Origin: Corallochytrium limacisporum Hawaii
Taxonomy: Eukaryota > Protista > Pluriformea
DNA length: 64,000 bases
Reading direction: 5' to 3'
NCBI GenBank assembly: GCA_002811645.1
Contig: PDIP01000028.1
Coordinates: 127,105-191,104 of the forward strand
Both the position numbers and the translations under genes were made by a program. The number at the start of each line of letters is the position of its first letter. The stretch's first letter is position 1. The notes beneath the pieces were generated by a model. That model had not been told where the DNA came from and did not search any database. It worked only from the letters and a program-made list of their open reading frames with translations. Positions 11,210-22,172 of this stretch are shown piece by piece.

Positions 11210-12247
11210 TTACTTTCGTCCGCGAGTCTTTCGCGTCGACGCAAGGCCGCTTTCGGCAGCAGCCCGGCGCTTTGGGAGCACACGCTCCGGCGATTCCGGC
11301 TCCAGCTCCTTCTTTGCTGATCGTGGAGGACTCTTTCGTGTCGGAGAGGCAGCACCGTTCCTGCTGCTTTTCTTTGGTGCAACATTGCTGGTGCTGCTTT
11401 TGGGGGCCGTGGACGCCTTCTTTGGCTTGATCAGCGGTCCCTTTGGTAGCTCCATGGTAGGAATGAGTCCATACCGGTAGACAATTTTCGCATCGGTACG
11501 TTTGAGGGCCCGCACGCGGACCACGCTCAGCAATACCACAGCGCCGTAGCTGCCGTAGCCGGTCAAACAGTGCCACCAGGCATGCAGCTCAAGGAAAGGT
11601 CCAAAGGGCTCGATTTCCGCCCGCAATGCCCGCAGTTCCTCACAGAAGATGTTGTCAATATTCCAGAGCAGGAAACCAGTGCCGTAAGCACTGACGCTGT
11701 AGTACATCAGCCGACGAGCATCCTCCATCTTCTTGGTCTTTGTGTGATCCACGCCCTGATAAGCCAACAACACGACACCGATTCCGTAGCACACAAAAAA
11801 GAACTCTGATATCTCCAGGTACATGTACCCAGCCCAGCTGACAACCACGTACGCCACCAAACCCACAGCCCATTTCTTCGATCTGTCGCTGAAAGCATTC
11901 GGCGGGTCCTTGTATGAGACACTACAGAATAGGAAGGCAGCGGCGGTGAAAATCATGGGGAATTCATCCATCATCTGCCCCTCCATAGACAGTGTACCGT
12001 GGAACCAAGCAGAACCGGCACCCGTAATCAGAATTGCCAGATACGCAAGATCGAATCGCGTCTCAAGACCGAGACGGCGCACCTCAAACATGCCATAGAT
12101 GGCTAGAGCCATGAAAGATAAATTAGTGATCGTGTTCCAGAACTCTGCAATGTAATGTGTCACCCGGTAATTGAACTCACACCAGTCCAGGTAGGCCGTC
12201 CGGGGGCCCCAGTACCAGTGCTGCTCTGCCTCCTCGAAATGCTTCAT
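11210..12247 (-). CDS. ACER3: Alkaline ceramidase (ACER3/Ypc1 family) with long basic tail
   Basis: YWGPRTAYLDWCEFNY...IAEFWNT, GSAWFHGTL, QMMDEFPM, LWNIDNIFC, LHAWWHCLTG; several TM helices. Confidence 0.93.
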   Translation of the reverse strand: MKHFEEAEQHWYWGPRTAYLDWCEFNYRVTHYIAEFWNTITNLSFMALAIYGMFEVRRLGLETRFDLAYLAILITGAGSAWFHGTLSMEGQMMDEFPMIFTAAAFLFCSVSYKDPPNAFSDRSKKWAVGLVAYVVVSWAGYMYLEISEFFFVCYGIGVVLLAYQGVDHTKTKKMEDARRLMYYSVSAYGTGFLLWNIDNIFCEELRALRAEIEPFGPFLELHAWWHCLTGYGSYGAVVLLSVVRVRALKRTDAKIVYRYGLIPTMELPKGPLIKPKKASTAPKSSTSNVAPKKSSRNGAASPTRKSPPRSAKKELEPESPERVLPKRRAAAESGLASTRKTRGRK

Positions 12248-12818
12248 GGCGCTGTATCTTTCCTTAATCGACTGTTGTTATGAAGCCTTTCCAATACACA
12301 TCAGTTGATCCTCTGTGTGATATGATCCATCGGTCGCAAACTTCAAATACTCTTCTGGGGCCACGCTCTGCGCACTTTCGCAGAAGCCTCTGCGGGCCGA
12401 GGCAAAGCCCGCGATTTCCACCCGGGCACGTCGATGAGTGCCCTTTTCGTTCGCCTCCGCCGCACCGCAATAGCTGGGCGCTCGGGGCAACTCTTTTCTT
12501 TTTCTCTCCTTCCCGCCAAAAACCGGCCCCTAAAGGAATTATCGAAATTTTCAATTGCTAGTGTCTTTTGCGGACACAAATTGCGCGAAATACAGCGGGG
12601 TCCTTTCCCCCCCCCCAACCTCCCCTTGAGGGCACGATGGGGAGGGGAGTCGCTGGCAAGCCCGATCAATGACGCAGGTGGAGCAGAACGGGTCTCCTGC
12701 GGATGTTTAGCTCACGATGCGTTGTCATCATGACGCTATTGATATGTACACTCACACCAGCCCGTACAGGAATTTAAATGAGTCTATCTTCTTCATATTC
12801 GAGGAATCATGAGGATGC

Positions 12819-15800
12819 ATGTCGTCGGAGCTTTCGACTGCGGGAAAGCACTCTCGAGGAATGGGAACGATTCTAGGCCGATCGGCTCCACAAATGCCTG
12901 ATAAGGCAGTGACTCAGGAACGAGATGGGGGTAAGAAAGATGAGAAGATCATGCATACACCAATGCGTGGTAAGACAATGACAAAGAAACGCAATCGAAG
13001 CAAGGAAAATGAGGAGATTATGGCTCCGTCGAAGCGTGGTACGGCGGTGAAGAAACGTGCTCATGGCAAGGAGAATGAGGAGAGCATCGTCAGAGATGAA
13101 TGGCAAATAAGCAAGCTCATGCATGCCAGATCTTTACCGGGTTATGTCATCATGAATATACAGGATCTGCCGCAGAGTGCGCAGATCCATAGCGGAGCAC
13201 CTAGTGTTAAGAAGAAGAAAATAGTCTACGCTCCAATGGAAGTCGATGAGGAGGAAGATCGCGAGGTTGAGTGTTGCGTCATCGAGTGTAATGTAGTCGG
13301 TGTTCAGTATTACACCGGCCTGTGTGATAAGGGCGAACATTTGCTCCTGGTGAGGGAACCCAACAACCCCCATGACAAGTGGGCAGTGAAAGCATGCAAC
13401 ATGAATGGGGTGCAGATTGGACACCTACCCAGAGCGTTAGTGGCGCATCTGGCACCGCTTATGGACGAAATGGTTGAAACGCTAAGGTTGGCACCATGTA
13501 CAAACCGGCCACCAGGTACATATGTAATGCCGATAAAGATCACTGTGTATTGTCCCATGTCCCGACTTCGTACAATCCAAGGTAAATTGGCATTGGCGCT
13601 CAACGCGTATGGCGTTAAGGACATTCGGATGGGTGACGGTAGTGGGTCAACGACGAGTCTGCGGCGGAGTGCCCTTGGGTCCATGGACAGCTCAGAAATG
13701 TTCACTCCCTTGGTCCCATGGGAATATCAGCAATACGTTCCGCAACCCAAACACATCACAACTTCAATGTATCTTCATCAGAGAATCGCGCTGTTGTGGA
13801 TGCAAAGAATGGAAATGTTTCGGCATGTGAAACAGGTTTACAAGGATATGGACCAAATTTTCCTTAGAAACGTAACCGACAAGGACATGCGTCCTGTGAT
13901 TCAGGGCTGGCAGGAACGGCACGGAATCTTCTACAACATTTCTAGCAATCAACCAACCCGCGAGAGTCCGCTTCTTCTACGCGGTGGCATTCTAGGAGAT
14001 GACATGGGACTTGGAAAGACGTTAGAGATCATCTCGTTAATCGTCTGGTCAATAGACAAACAACGAGAAGATCAAAGGGAAGGGGTCACGGGCCCGACCC
14101 TCGTGGTCGCCCCACTGTCGGTTTTGTCAAATTGGTCCAACCAAATTACGCAACACGTGTCCCAGTCGACCAATCTGCGGGTCCTTGTCCATCACGGTGC
14201 GACGAGAGCGAAGGCATATACATCTGATAAGAACAGGAAAGTGCTTGCTGAGACTGATGTAGTAATTACAAGCTACGAAACTTTGGCCTCGGACTTTGCT
14301 GGTGGTCGAAGGGAAGAGAAGAGTACTGTATCGAGTGGCCTCTACAAGACAGAATACACAGGAGGCTTCTTCCGCGTCATACTCGATGAAGCACACATCA
14401 TTCGAAACCTCCACAGTCAACGTACGAAGGCATGCATTGCAGTGCCTGCGAGTCGTCGTTGGTGTGTAACTGGGACGGTAATGCTGAATAGCATCAACGA
14501 TGCGCAAGCCCTTTTCGCCTTCCTTCGCCTGAAACCGTGGTGTGAGGATGGCTTCTGGACGCATAAGATCGGTGCTCCTTGTAGAATGGGGATCGCAGAT
14601 GGGTTCCATTGGGTTCAGTGCTTAATGCGCACCTACTGCCTTCGCCGTCACAAGAACATGATGATTCCAGGAAGGGATGGAGGATCTGAGCAGCCCCTTG
14701 TTGACTTACCATCCAAGACGATCCGGGTACAGTCTATTGACCTAAACGAGCAAGAGATGGAATGGTACACCACGGTGTGGGAGCAGGTCTTAGATACTCT
14801 GAGTGCCATGGCAGAAGGGCGTGCTTCTGGTAAGCAGCCTACCGTGAGCCCTATGACCGCTGTTCTGGTGTATCTAACTCGTCTGCGGCAGTTGTGTTGC
14901 TCAATGGCTCTCCTACCGCATGCAATGAGGCAGTCCCTGCTGCGGGGACGGAATGTAAAGCTGCTGGAAGATGTCACTCAGCAATGGCTCATGCTTGAAA
15001 GAACCCAGGGCAAGGAATTTGCTGAAAAGATGCGAGATGCATTGATGAAGAGCGCAGATGAAGACGAATGTGTTATTTGTCTGGAACTGGGCAGTACCGT
15101 GATTACTCCATGTGGCCATTGCTACCATAAGCCCTGTATCATGGAATCGCTGAATGTCAAGGAATCTTGTCCCTTGTGCCGTACCCCGGTCACACAGAAC
15201 GATCTGCTGGAGAAACCAGTTGACGTGGAAGACCTTGATAGGGCACGCGAGGAGGAGCAGGCGAAGTCTTCAGAGCGCGAGAGGCGTGTAAGGGAGGAAC
15301 CAAGTTCCAAATTACTCGCTGGTCTCAAATACGTTCAAGAACACCAAAAACGAGACCAGATCATCGTCTTTTCTTCATTCCGAACCTTCCTGGATCTCTT
15401 CAGCGATGTGCTACACGAGCACGAGATCCGGCATGGCATGATTGTTGGCAGCATGAACCTTAAAGAACGCGAACGCAACCTACAGCATTTTCAGGATGGT
15501 ACTTCACGCGTTCTGTTGATCAGCCTCAAGGCGGGCAGTCTCGGCATGAATCTCGTGACCGCAAACCACGTCCTTCTCATGGACCCGTGGTGGAATGTTG
15601 CCGCGGAGGAACAGGCCATTGACCGCGTTCACCGTCTCGGACAGCACAAGGATGTGCATGTCACGCGCTTCTGTGCAGCAGGCACTATCGAAGATCGCAT
15701 TCTCGATGTCCAGTGGATCAAGAATCGCAGTATTCGGTCTGTCTACTCTGGGCGGAAGAAATCAAGGACAGACCTTGTCAAGGAACGGCAGGCGCTGATG

Positions 15801-15863
15801 GGCGCGCTTTTTGGGGACAACATTGTCCAAAAAGTATTCGGTCAAGAACGAACTCGAAGATAG
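12819..15863 (+). CDS. HLTF: HIRAN-SNF2-RING helicase/E3 ligase (HLTF/Rad5 family)
   Basis: HIRAN (VVGVQYY...REPNNPHD...IGHLP), Walker A GGILGDDMGLGKT, DEAH, RING inside the helicase, SLKAGSLGMNL, QAIDRVHRLGQ. Confidence 0.88.
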   Translation: MSSELSTAGKHSRGMGTILGRSAPQMPDKAVTQERDGGKKDEKIMHTPMRGKTMTKKRNRSKENEEIMAPSKRGTAVKKRAHGKENEESIVRDEWQISKLMHARSLPGYVIMNIQDLPQSAQIHSGAPSVKKKKIVYAPMEVDEEEDREVECCVIECNVVGVQYYTGLCDKGEHLLLVREPNNPHDKWAVKACNMNGVQIGHLPRALVAHLAPLMDEMVETLRLAPCTNRPPGTYVMPIKITVYCPMSRLRTIQGKLALALNAYGVKDIRMGDGSGSTTSLRRSALGSMDSSEMFTPLVPWEYQQYVPQPKHITTSMYLHQRIALLWMQRMEMFRHVKQVYKDMDQIFLRNVTDKDMRPVIQGWQERHGIFYNISSNQPTRESPLLLRGGILGDDMGLGKTLEIISLIVWSIDKQREDQREGVTGPTLVVAPLSVLSNWSNQITQHVSQSTNLRVLVHHGATRAKAYTSDKNRKVLAETDVVITSYETLASDFAGGRREEKSTVSSGLYKTEYTGGFFRVILDEAHIIRNLHSQRTKACIAVPASRRWCVTGTVMLNSINDAQALFAFLRLKPWCEDGFWTHKIGAPCRMGIADGFHWVQCLMRTYCLRRHKNMMIPGRDGGSEQPLVDLPSKTIRVQSIDLNEQEMEWYTTVWEQVLDTLSAMAEGRASGKQPTVSPMTAVLVYLTRLRQLCCSMALLPHAMRQSLLRGRNVKLLEDVTQQWLMLERTQGKEFAEKMRDALMKSADEDECVICLELGSTVITPCGHCYHKPCIMESLNVKESCPLCRTPVTQNDLLEKPVDVEDLDRAREEEQAKSSERERRVREEPSSKLLAGLKYVQEHQKRDQIIVFSSFRTFLDLFSDVLHEHEIRHGMIVGSMNLKERERNLQHFQDGTSRVLLISLKAGSLGMNLVTANHVLLMDPWWNVAAEEQAIDRVHRLGQHKDVHVTRFCAAGTIEDRILDVQWIKNRSIRSVYSGRKKSRTDLVKERQALMGALFGDNIVQKVFGQERTRR

Positions 15864-16395
15864 ACATGTGTAAGAATTTATGTGGTTAGTTTAATTAGAT
15901 ATTTGTTACTTTACGAATGATTCTTTAGGACGAATGCAAACAATGTTGACTACGAAAACAATTCAGAGAATGCTTTGCCGAATATGGGTTTGGCTGCGGT
16001 TGGTTCACGCCTGGTGAACGCTGCATCGTCGGCTGACGACTGCAGACAGGGGACCATCGCGGACTTTTCTGTGTTAGAGATGTGGAAGTGAACTATCGCA
16101 GAGCCCACTGATATGGAAGTAAATGGTTTGGTGTTGATGTTCAGCACGGGAACATGCAAAGATGGATTGGGGATACTAGGAAAGGCCGATTGCCGAGGTA
16201 ATTGATTTACGGTCAAAGGGCTGGTCAGAAAATACTAAACATTTTGAAGGGAGAACGAAGCAAATGAGCTGCCAAGATGGATTCGGCGGGGTTGGGATGA
16301 CGATCATCTGAAGATAGTGCAGGTCCTGCAGTCCAATCATAGGCTAGCTACAGAAGTTCTAGGTTCTGGCCTTCTGATGGAGTTCCTTGTCTTTC

Positions 16396-19300
16396 TCACT
16401 GTAGCTCGTTCAAGGGGGCAATCTGGTTGATGTAAACACCTACCATGCCATTGTTGAAGATAAGGTGCCACTCCCACGGCTTGAACACCGCCGGAGAGAC
16501 AGCAAAGGTATACTCCTGCGCGTTGGATGACACCAGCACCGACCAGGGTTCGTCGTCAGTGGAACCTTTCCAACGGCGAGGAAGCTCCAGAGTGAAGGTC
16601 TCAAAGCCGGAGACACCCAAACTTTCAGCGCTGGTGCCATCGGTGAAGAGCAGCGGTAGAATGCCGTAGGCGATCAGCCCCTTGCGGAAGTCCTCACCGA
16701 AAGACTGAGCAATGATGGCCCGCACACCGAGCTCCCGGCATGACTTGACCGCCCACTCACGGCAATTTCGCATGCCAAAGTCACGGCCACCAAGAATAAT
16801 TACATCGACATCTTCGCGGCGGTATCGGGCAGCCGCTTCGTGAATGGGCATGACTTCACCAGTTGGCAGATGCATAGTTTTGCCAGCTATGTTCTGGCTT
16901 TCGTTTGCAGCAGAATTAGTGGCATCGTTTCTACCACTGTAATGGCCACGGGGACTGCCGTAAGAGTCACTCTGACCCGTAGGCATGCTGTAGTAGCCGC
17001 TAGCATTTGCACCGGTCCATTGCTGACGCTGATTGGAGGAAATGTGCTGATGATGTTGCTCTTGCATAAGTAGCCGATTGCGAACAATGGCACTGGCAAA
17101 GGCAGCACGGATCATCACCTCGTGGTTCGCACGACGACTACCATAGGAGCCGTATTGTCGATTCTGTAGACCGAGCGACTTGAGGTATAAACCACTCGCA
17201 CTCTGTCGACGAATCATGCCTGCCGGAGAGATGGCGTCACAGGTCACACTGTCACCAGCAAAAAGCAGGCAACGTGCCCGCCGGAAAAGACGGTTGACCA
17301 TCAGTGCTTCGGAAGAGCTCCGGCCAGCCATGCCGTCAAAACCAAGTTGACGAACCGCGCCACGACTTGGACGCAATTCTGTGGATTCCGGATCCCAGGG
17401 ATACATTTCGAAGCGTGGGCACTGCAGAGAGTCCCATAGGCGGGTGCCTTCTGCGATGCGGCAGGACAGGTCCTCGACCAGCGAGGGCACTACCACGGCC
17501 GATTCCACCGCGCGAATCTCCTCACGAGACGGCCATAGGTCTGCCAGGAACACTGGCTCGCCGGTCTCCGCGTCAAAACCAAGTGGATCGGTGGCAAAAT
17601 TAATGTTTACGGTGCCAGCCAGAGCGTAGGCTACGACTAAAGGTGGTGATACGAGGTATGCTCCTCGAGTGGACGGATGTACGCGGCGTTCGAGCTTCCG
17701 GTTACCGGAGAGAATACTCACGGCCACGATGCTTTCCTTGGCGATCGTTTCATCGACTTCAGGCATTAGCGGAGCGGTCTCGCTGCGGCATACAGCGCAG
17801 CCAAAACCGGCATTGTGGAAGCCAAGTTGTTCCAAGTGGCGCAGAACTCCGGAATCTTCCAGGTACGACTGCACAGTACCGCCGCCAGGGGCAAGCTGTA
17901 GACGAATGTGCGGCAAGGGCTTGAGACCGCGCTGGAGGGCAGCTTTGGCAAGAAGACCAGCACCGAGCATGACGGTTGGATTGGACGCGTTGGTACACGC
18001 ACTGATGGCCGCAATCACGACACTACCGTGCCTCAAGTGCACGGGGCGCTCAATGTTCTTCTTGCCCGTCCAGAGAGTGAGTTTCTTCTTGCCATCCTCC
18101 AGAGTCTCCTGCTGAAATTCCTCAAGATATTGAGGTACCTGGCTGGCAGTCATGCAGCGACTGCGAAATTCCTCGGGCAAACAAACGACAGTGTCCAGGC
18201 GTTCGTCATCCACACCAAAACCAATCTGTGGATTTGGGTCCGTAAGTGCCTTTAGGAAGGTCTCCTGCATGTCTGTCACGGCAATACGATCCAGAGAGCG
18301 ACGGGGACCACTGCAAGTGGGCTGCACCTCAGTAAGGTCTACCATCTCCAGGCGGGTGTAACGATGACTCAGTTCGTCCGCGGTCTCAGTCTTCAGGTCC
18401 TTTTGGCTCCTGTACAGGCCCAGACACTTGAGTAGGTCCTTCACAATATCAACACTCTCCCACGGAGAGGACGCATCGGTAGCATCGTCCATCTGTGAAG
18501 TGGCCGAACTTCTAGATCCAGCGCAAGAGCCCACAATCTCGCTAAAGCTGGAATCGCCCTTGCTGTTCCCGAGCACAACCCAGTGGCGTTTCTTTGTGGC
18601 CAGGCGACTCTGTTGCAAATGCTGTGATGCAATGTCGTCGAATGGGAAGAAGGCGATCTGTGCGTCGTACTCTCCACACATGTGTGCCACAGTACATCGG
18701 TCAGCCACGCTCAGATTGCTCACACCAGGACCAACAAACTCAACAATAGCCCCATTCAAGGATTTGATCTTCAGACGCTTGGTTATGGCAAGTACAATGT
18801 CTGTGGAGGTCGCCAGTGGATCTACGTCGCCGTGCAGGTAGACGCCGACCACATCACGTATGGACAAAGGCAAAGACAGACCGAACATTGCCATTTCTGC
18901 GTCCAAAGATCCCACAGACCAAGCCAGCTCACCCAATCCGTTGATCAGACCGACGTGGCTGGCATTGCCGACCAGAATATCAGGGTACAGGAACGCATCT
19001 TTGGAGTTCCCGTTATTGCTGTTCCCGAAGGACCCACTCTTACGCAGACGGCTCGTTAGTACTCCAGCCAGGTCACTGGTACCGCCAACGCCCACCTCGC
19101 CGCTGCCTGTGCGGATAGAGCCGGCATTGCTCACTGACGTGCGATTCATTACAACCTGTGCCATGCGCTCCAAATTTACCTGGTGCACAATACCGCAGTC
19201 GGGAGGTGTGACGTTCACGTTTTCCATCTGCCGACTGGCCCACTTCAGCAGACGGTACATCTCCTTGCTCTGCTCAAAGTTTGCAAGCTGGGCACGGGTC

Positions 19301-20193
19301 ATAGCGGCCTGGAGGGTGGTTTTGTCCTGTAGCGGACGTGGAATGTCTTCGATCTGTCCAGTACTCCCCTTGACATTCCGATCACGACGGGAGGGGGACG
19401 AGTACATCCCACTGTCTTCATTGACGGATCCCATGTGACTTGAGTCTTCATAGTCGCCACCAAAGGAATAGTTTGAGGAGCGGTCACTGGCCCTGCTCCG
19501 TGTGCCAGTGGAACGGTGAGTCTGGGAGCCTCCAACACTGGAGCCTCCTCCGACACTGCTGGTTTCACTGCCTCCACCCATAACGCTACCTTTCTTGGTT
19601 GCACCACTGCCGCCGTCGAGGAGAATTTCTGTGGGGATCACCGGACGGATGGTACTGACATCGCCACCCTGCCTGCCCACTTCCTCCCGAATAACAGCGA
19701 TGTCCATGATGGCATTTACGGCTGCATAGTCCTGCATGACCACCTGTGAAGGAGGGATGGCCAGATCGATAGTGTGTCTTACGTCCTTGGCGGTGATCAC
19801 TCCTGAGGACGCGCTGCTTTCTCTTGCTGCACTTACGGCGGCGACGTGCTTTTCCCAATTGAGCAGGCGCTGGATGTCAGGATGATTTTTTACCTCTCCA
19901 ACTGATGGGGCATGGGTTGGATCCAGACCACCGCTGCTCATTGTCGCAAGCAATTCGTTAGCCACCCGGCGCACAGTAGCCTCTAGAATGATCTTGAGCA
20001 CATACGGATAGTTCTTGAGCTTGTCCGCGCCACCAACAATCGTCTCTAAGTCGATGTGATGGACCTCAATCTTCTGTCGCTTGACGATGGTGACTGATCC
20101 GCTCTTGGTCAATTTGTGTGTGCTCGACCTAGGAGTGGTAGCTTCCCTCGTAAGGGCTACTGTCCGCTCGAAGCTACCGCACAGCTTCGTCAT
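16396..20193 (-). CDS. Iron regulatory protein / cytosolic aconitase homolog, IRP2-like, predicted catalytically inactive
   Basis: HQVNLE, TSTDIVLAITK, VEFVGPGV, HGSVVIAAISACTNASNP, GFGCAVC, SGNR, SPPLVVAYALAG, YGSRR; active-site motifs altered; several low-complexity insertions. Confidence 0.9.
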   Translation of the reverse strand: MTKLCGSFERTVALTREATTPRSSTHKLTKSGSVTIVKRQKIEVHHIDLETIVGGADKLKNYPYVLKIILEATVRRVANELLATMSSGGLDPTHAPSVGEVKNHPDIQRLLNWEKHVAAVSAARESSASSGVITAKDVRHTIDLAIPPSQVVMQDYAAVNAIMDIAVIREEVGRQGGDVSTIRPVIPTEILLDGGSGATKKGSVMGGGSETSSVGGGSSVGGSQTHRSTGTRSRASDRSSNYSFGGDYEDSSHMGSVNEDSGMYSSPSRRDRNVKGSTGQIEDIPRPLQDKTTLQAAMTRAQLANFEQSKEMYRLLKWASRQMENVNVTPPDCGIVHQVNLERMAQVVMNRTSVSNAGSIRTGSGEVGVGGTSDLAGVLTSRLRKSGSFGNSNNGNSKDAFLYPDILVGNASHVGLINGLGELAWSVGSLDAEMAMFGLSLPLSIRDVVGVYLHGDVDPLATSTDIVLAITKRLKIKSLNGAIVEFVGPGVSNLSVADRCTVAHMCGEYDAQIAFFPFDDIASQHLQQSRLATKKRHWVVLGNSKGDSSFSEIVGSCAGSRSSATSQMDDATDASSPWESVDIVKDLLKCLGLYRSQKDLKTETADELSHRYTRLEMVDLTEVQPTCSGPRRSLDRIAVTDMQETFLKALTDPNPQIGFGVDDERLDTVVCLPEEFRSRCMTASQVPQYLEEFQQETLEDGKKKLTLWTGKKNIERPVHLRHGSVVIAAISACTNASNPTVMLGAGLLAKAALQRGLKPLPHIRLQLAPGGGTVQSYLEDSGVLRHLEQLGFHNAGFGCAVCRSETAPLMPEVDETIAKESIVAVSILSGNRKLERRVHPSTRGAYLVSPPLVVAYALAGTVNINFATDPLGFDAETGEPVFLADLWPSREEIRAVESAVVVPSLVEDLSCRIAEGTRLWDSLQCPRFEMYPWDPESTELRPSRGAVRQLGFDGMAGRSSSEALMVNRLFRRARCLLFAGDSVTCDAISPAGMIRRQSASGLYLKSLGLQNRQYGSYGSRRANHEVMIRAAFASAIVRNRLLMQEQHHQHISSNQRQQWTGANASGYYSMPTGQSDSYGSPRGHYSGRNDATNSAANESQNIAGKTMHLPTGEVMPIHEAAARYRREDVDVIILGGRDFGMRNCREWAVKSCRELGVRAIIAQSFGEDFRKGLIAYGILPLLFTDGTSAESLGVSGFETFTLELPRRWKGSTDDEPWSVLVSSNAQEYTFAVSPAVFKPWEWHLIFNNGMVGVYINQIAPLNELQ

Positions 20194-21012
20194 GGTCGAC
20201 TACTGATATTGAAACTAAACAACTACTTCGATTCTAACCCACTCTATGTCATGGTGAACGCCTGTAATCCCGTATCCTTTCTCTATGCAGCAACTTCCTT
20301 TTCATCGATAGTCCAAATTCTCAATTCTCCGATATTGCTACAAACAGTATGCGGTTTTGTCAGCAAACACTACTTCCTCGATCCTTATACCATTTCAGTA
20401 CCAAATGTCGAAGCGTGTGAAGTGGGACTCTCTGTTATGCCGGAAGAACTCTACAAAGCATTCTCCTACGTAATCCAAACCCATATACATTGGTACTGAC
20501 GCACATCCCGCCAAAGCCAAGTTCGATCGACGACCTCCACACTGGGTGGAATTCGCACGCGTCGTGTCCCGGGTGTCCACTCCCGTCGTGCCCAAGCACT
20601 CAATCGCCCTTCAGTGCACGGTATGCGCTTTGTCAAATTTGGAATGTGTTGGGCACTTTTTTGTGCCAGATCATCTCGCTCAGTTGAAGGAAAGTCCAAC
20701 ACCCGCTCCACCCCCTCCCCCAAAAAAAACTGTGGCTGACATTCTAGACCTCAAGGGTGGACACCAGAAAGCAAGTGGCCATTGCGTTTCGTCATCGAGG
20801 CAAAATAGTTTGCGGGCGCGGGCGAGGGTGCGATATAGCGAACGAGTACGAAGTGACTTTGTATGGGCCGCCGGAGGGGCCATGTGAGAGCTTGGAGCGG
20901 GCGCAAGGGTGTGTCTCGGCTCTTACCGGTCCCGGACACTACTAAACACAGGCTCACAACAGTACCACGGGGGTATTGGGGAACTCCCCCCCCCCCGGGG
21001 GGTTTTCTTCTC

Positions 21013-21062
21013 CTTTTTTCATTTAAAACCGACCGTACTTTTTTCACTTAAAACCGACCGTA
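21013..21062. repeat. 25-bp tandem duplication (2 copies, 1 mismatch)
   Basis: cttttttcatttaaaaccgaccgta / cttttttcacttaaaaccgaccgta. Confidence 0.9.
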
Positions 21063-21387
21063 AGGCCGCCCCGAGCAAAGGGGTCCATATAGAGGACGAA
21101 AGGGGAACTTGAAACAGCCACCTCGGGCGGGGGACATGGGAGTTGGGAGTCTATTTTTGATAGTTAATTCATGATAATTTAGGGTTTAGTTTATTTTTGC
21201 TTTGCCCCGGGACGAACGCACGCCCGGTAGGGCCGTGATTGCTCATCCTCGGATCGTTCGATACTTGCATCTTTTTGTTGCGATAAGTGGTTAACCATTT
21301 CGCACCGCCATCTGATACTTTATACTCCTATGACTTTCGGCTGCGCTTCCAGCCGAAACTGAGCCCTGACCTAAACATTCTTGATTT

Positions 21388-22172
21388 NNNNNNNNNNNNN
21401 NNNNNNNNNNNNNNNNNNNNNNNNNNNNNNNNNNNNNNNNNNNNNNNNNNNNNNNNNNNNNNNNNNNNNNNNNNNNNNNNNNNNNNNNNNNNNNNNNNNN
21501 NNNNNNNNNNNNNNNNNNNNNNNNNNNNNNNNNNNNNNNNNNNNNNNNNNNNNNNNNNNNNNNNNNNNNNNNNNNNNNNNNNNNNNNNNNNNNNNNNNNN
21601 NNNNNNNNNNNNNNNNNNNNNNNNNNNNNNNNNNNNNNNNNNNNNNNNNNNNNNNNNNNNNNNNNNNNNNNNNNNNNNNNNNNNNNNNNNNNNNNNNNNN
21701 NNNNNNNNNNNNNNNNNNNNNNNNNNNNNNNNNNNNNNNNNNNNNNNNNNNNNNNNNNNNNNNNNNNNNNNNNNNNNNNNNNNNNNNNNNNNNNNNNNNN
21801 NNNNNNNNNNNNNNNNNNNNNNNNNNNNNNNNNNNNNNNNNNNNNNNNNNNNNNNNNNNNNNNNNNNNNNNNNNNNNNNNNNNNNNNNNNNNNNNNNNNN
21901 NNNNNNNNNNNNNNNNNNNNNNNNNNNNNNNNNNNNNNNNNNNNNNNNNNNNNNNNNNNNNNNNNNNNNNNNNNNNNNNNNNNNNNNNNNNNNNNNNNNN
22001 NNNNNNNNNNNNNNNNNNNNNNNNNNNNNNNNNNNNNNNNNNNNNNNNNNNNNNNNNNNNNNNNNNNNNNNNNNNNNNNNNNNNNNNNNNNNNNNNNNNN
22101 NNNNNNNNNNNNNNNNNNNNNNNNNNNNNNNNNNNNNNNNNNNNNNNNNNNNNNNNNNNNNNNNNNNNNNNN
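21388..22172. other. Assembly gap (785 N)
   Basis: Run of N bases. Confidence 1.

Noticed and set aside
20528-20552. IRE-like CAGUGU loop on the minus strand upstream of the IRP-like gene
   Set aside because: Upper stem has an A-A mismatch, there is no bulged C, and the lower stem does not pair
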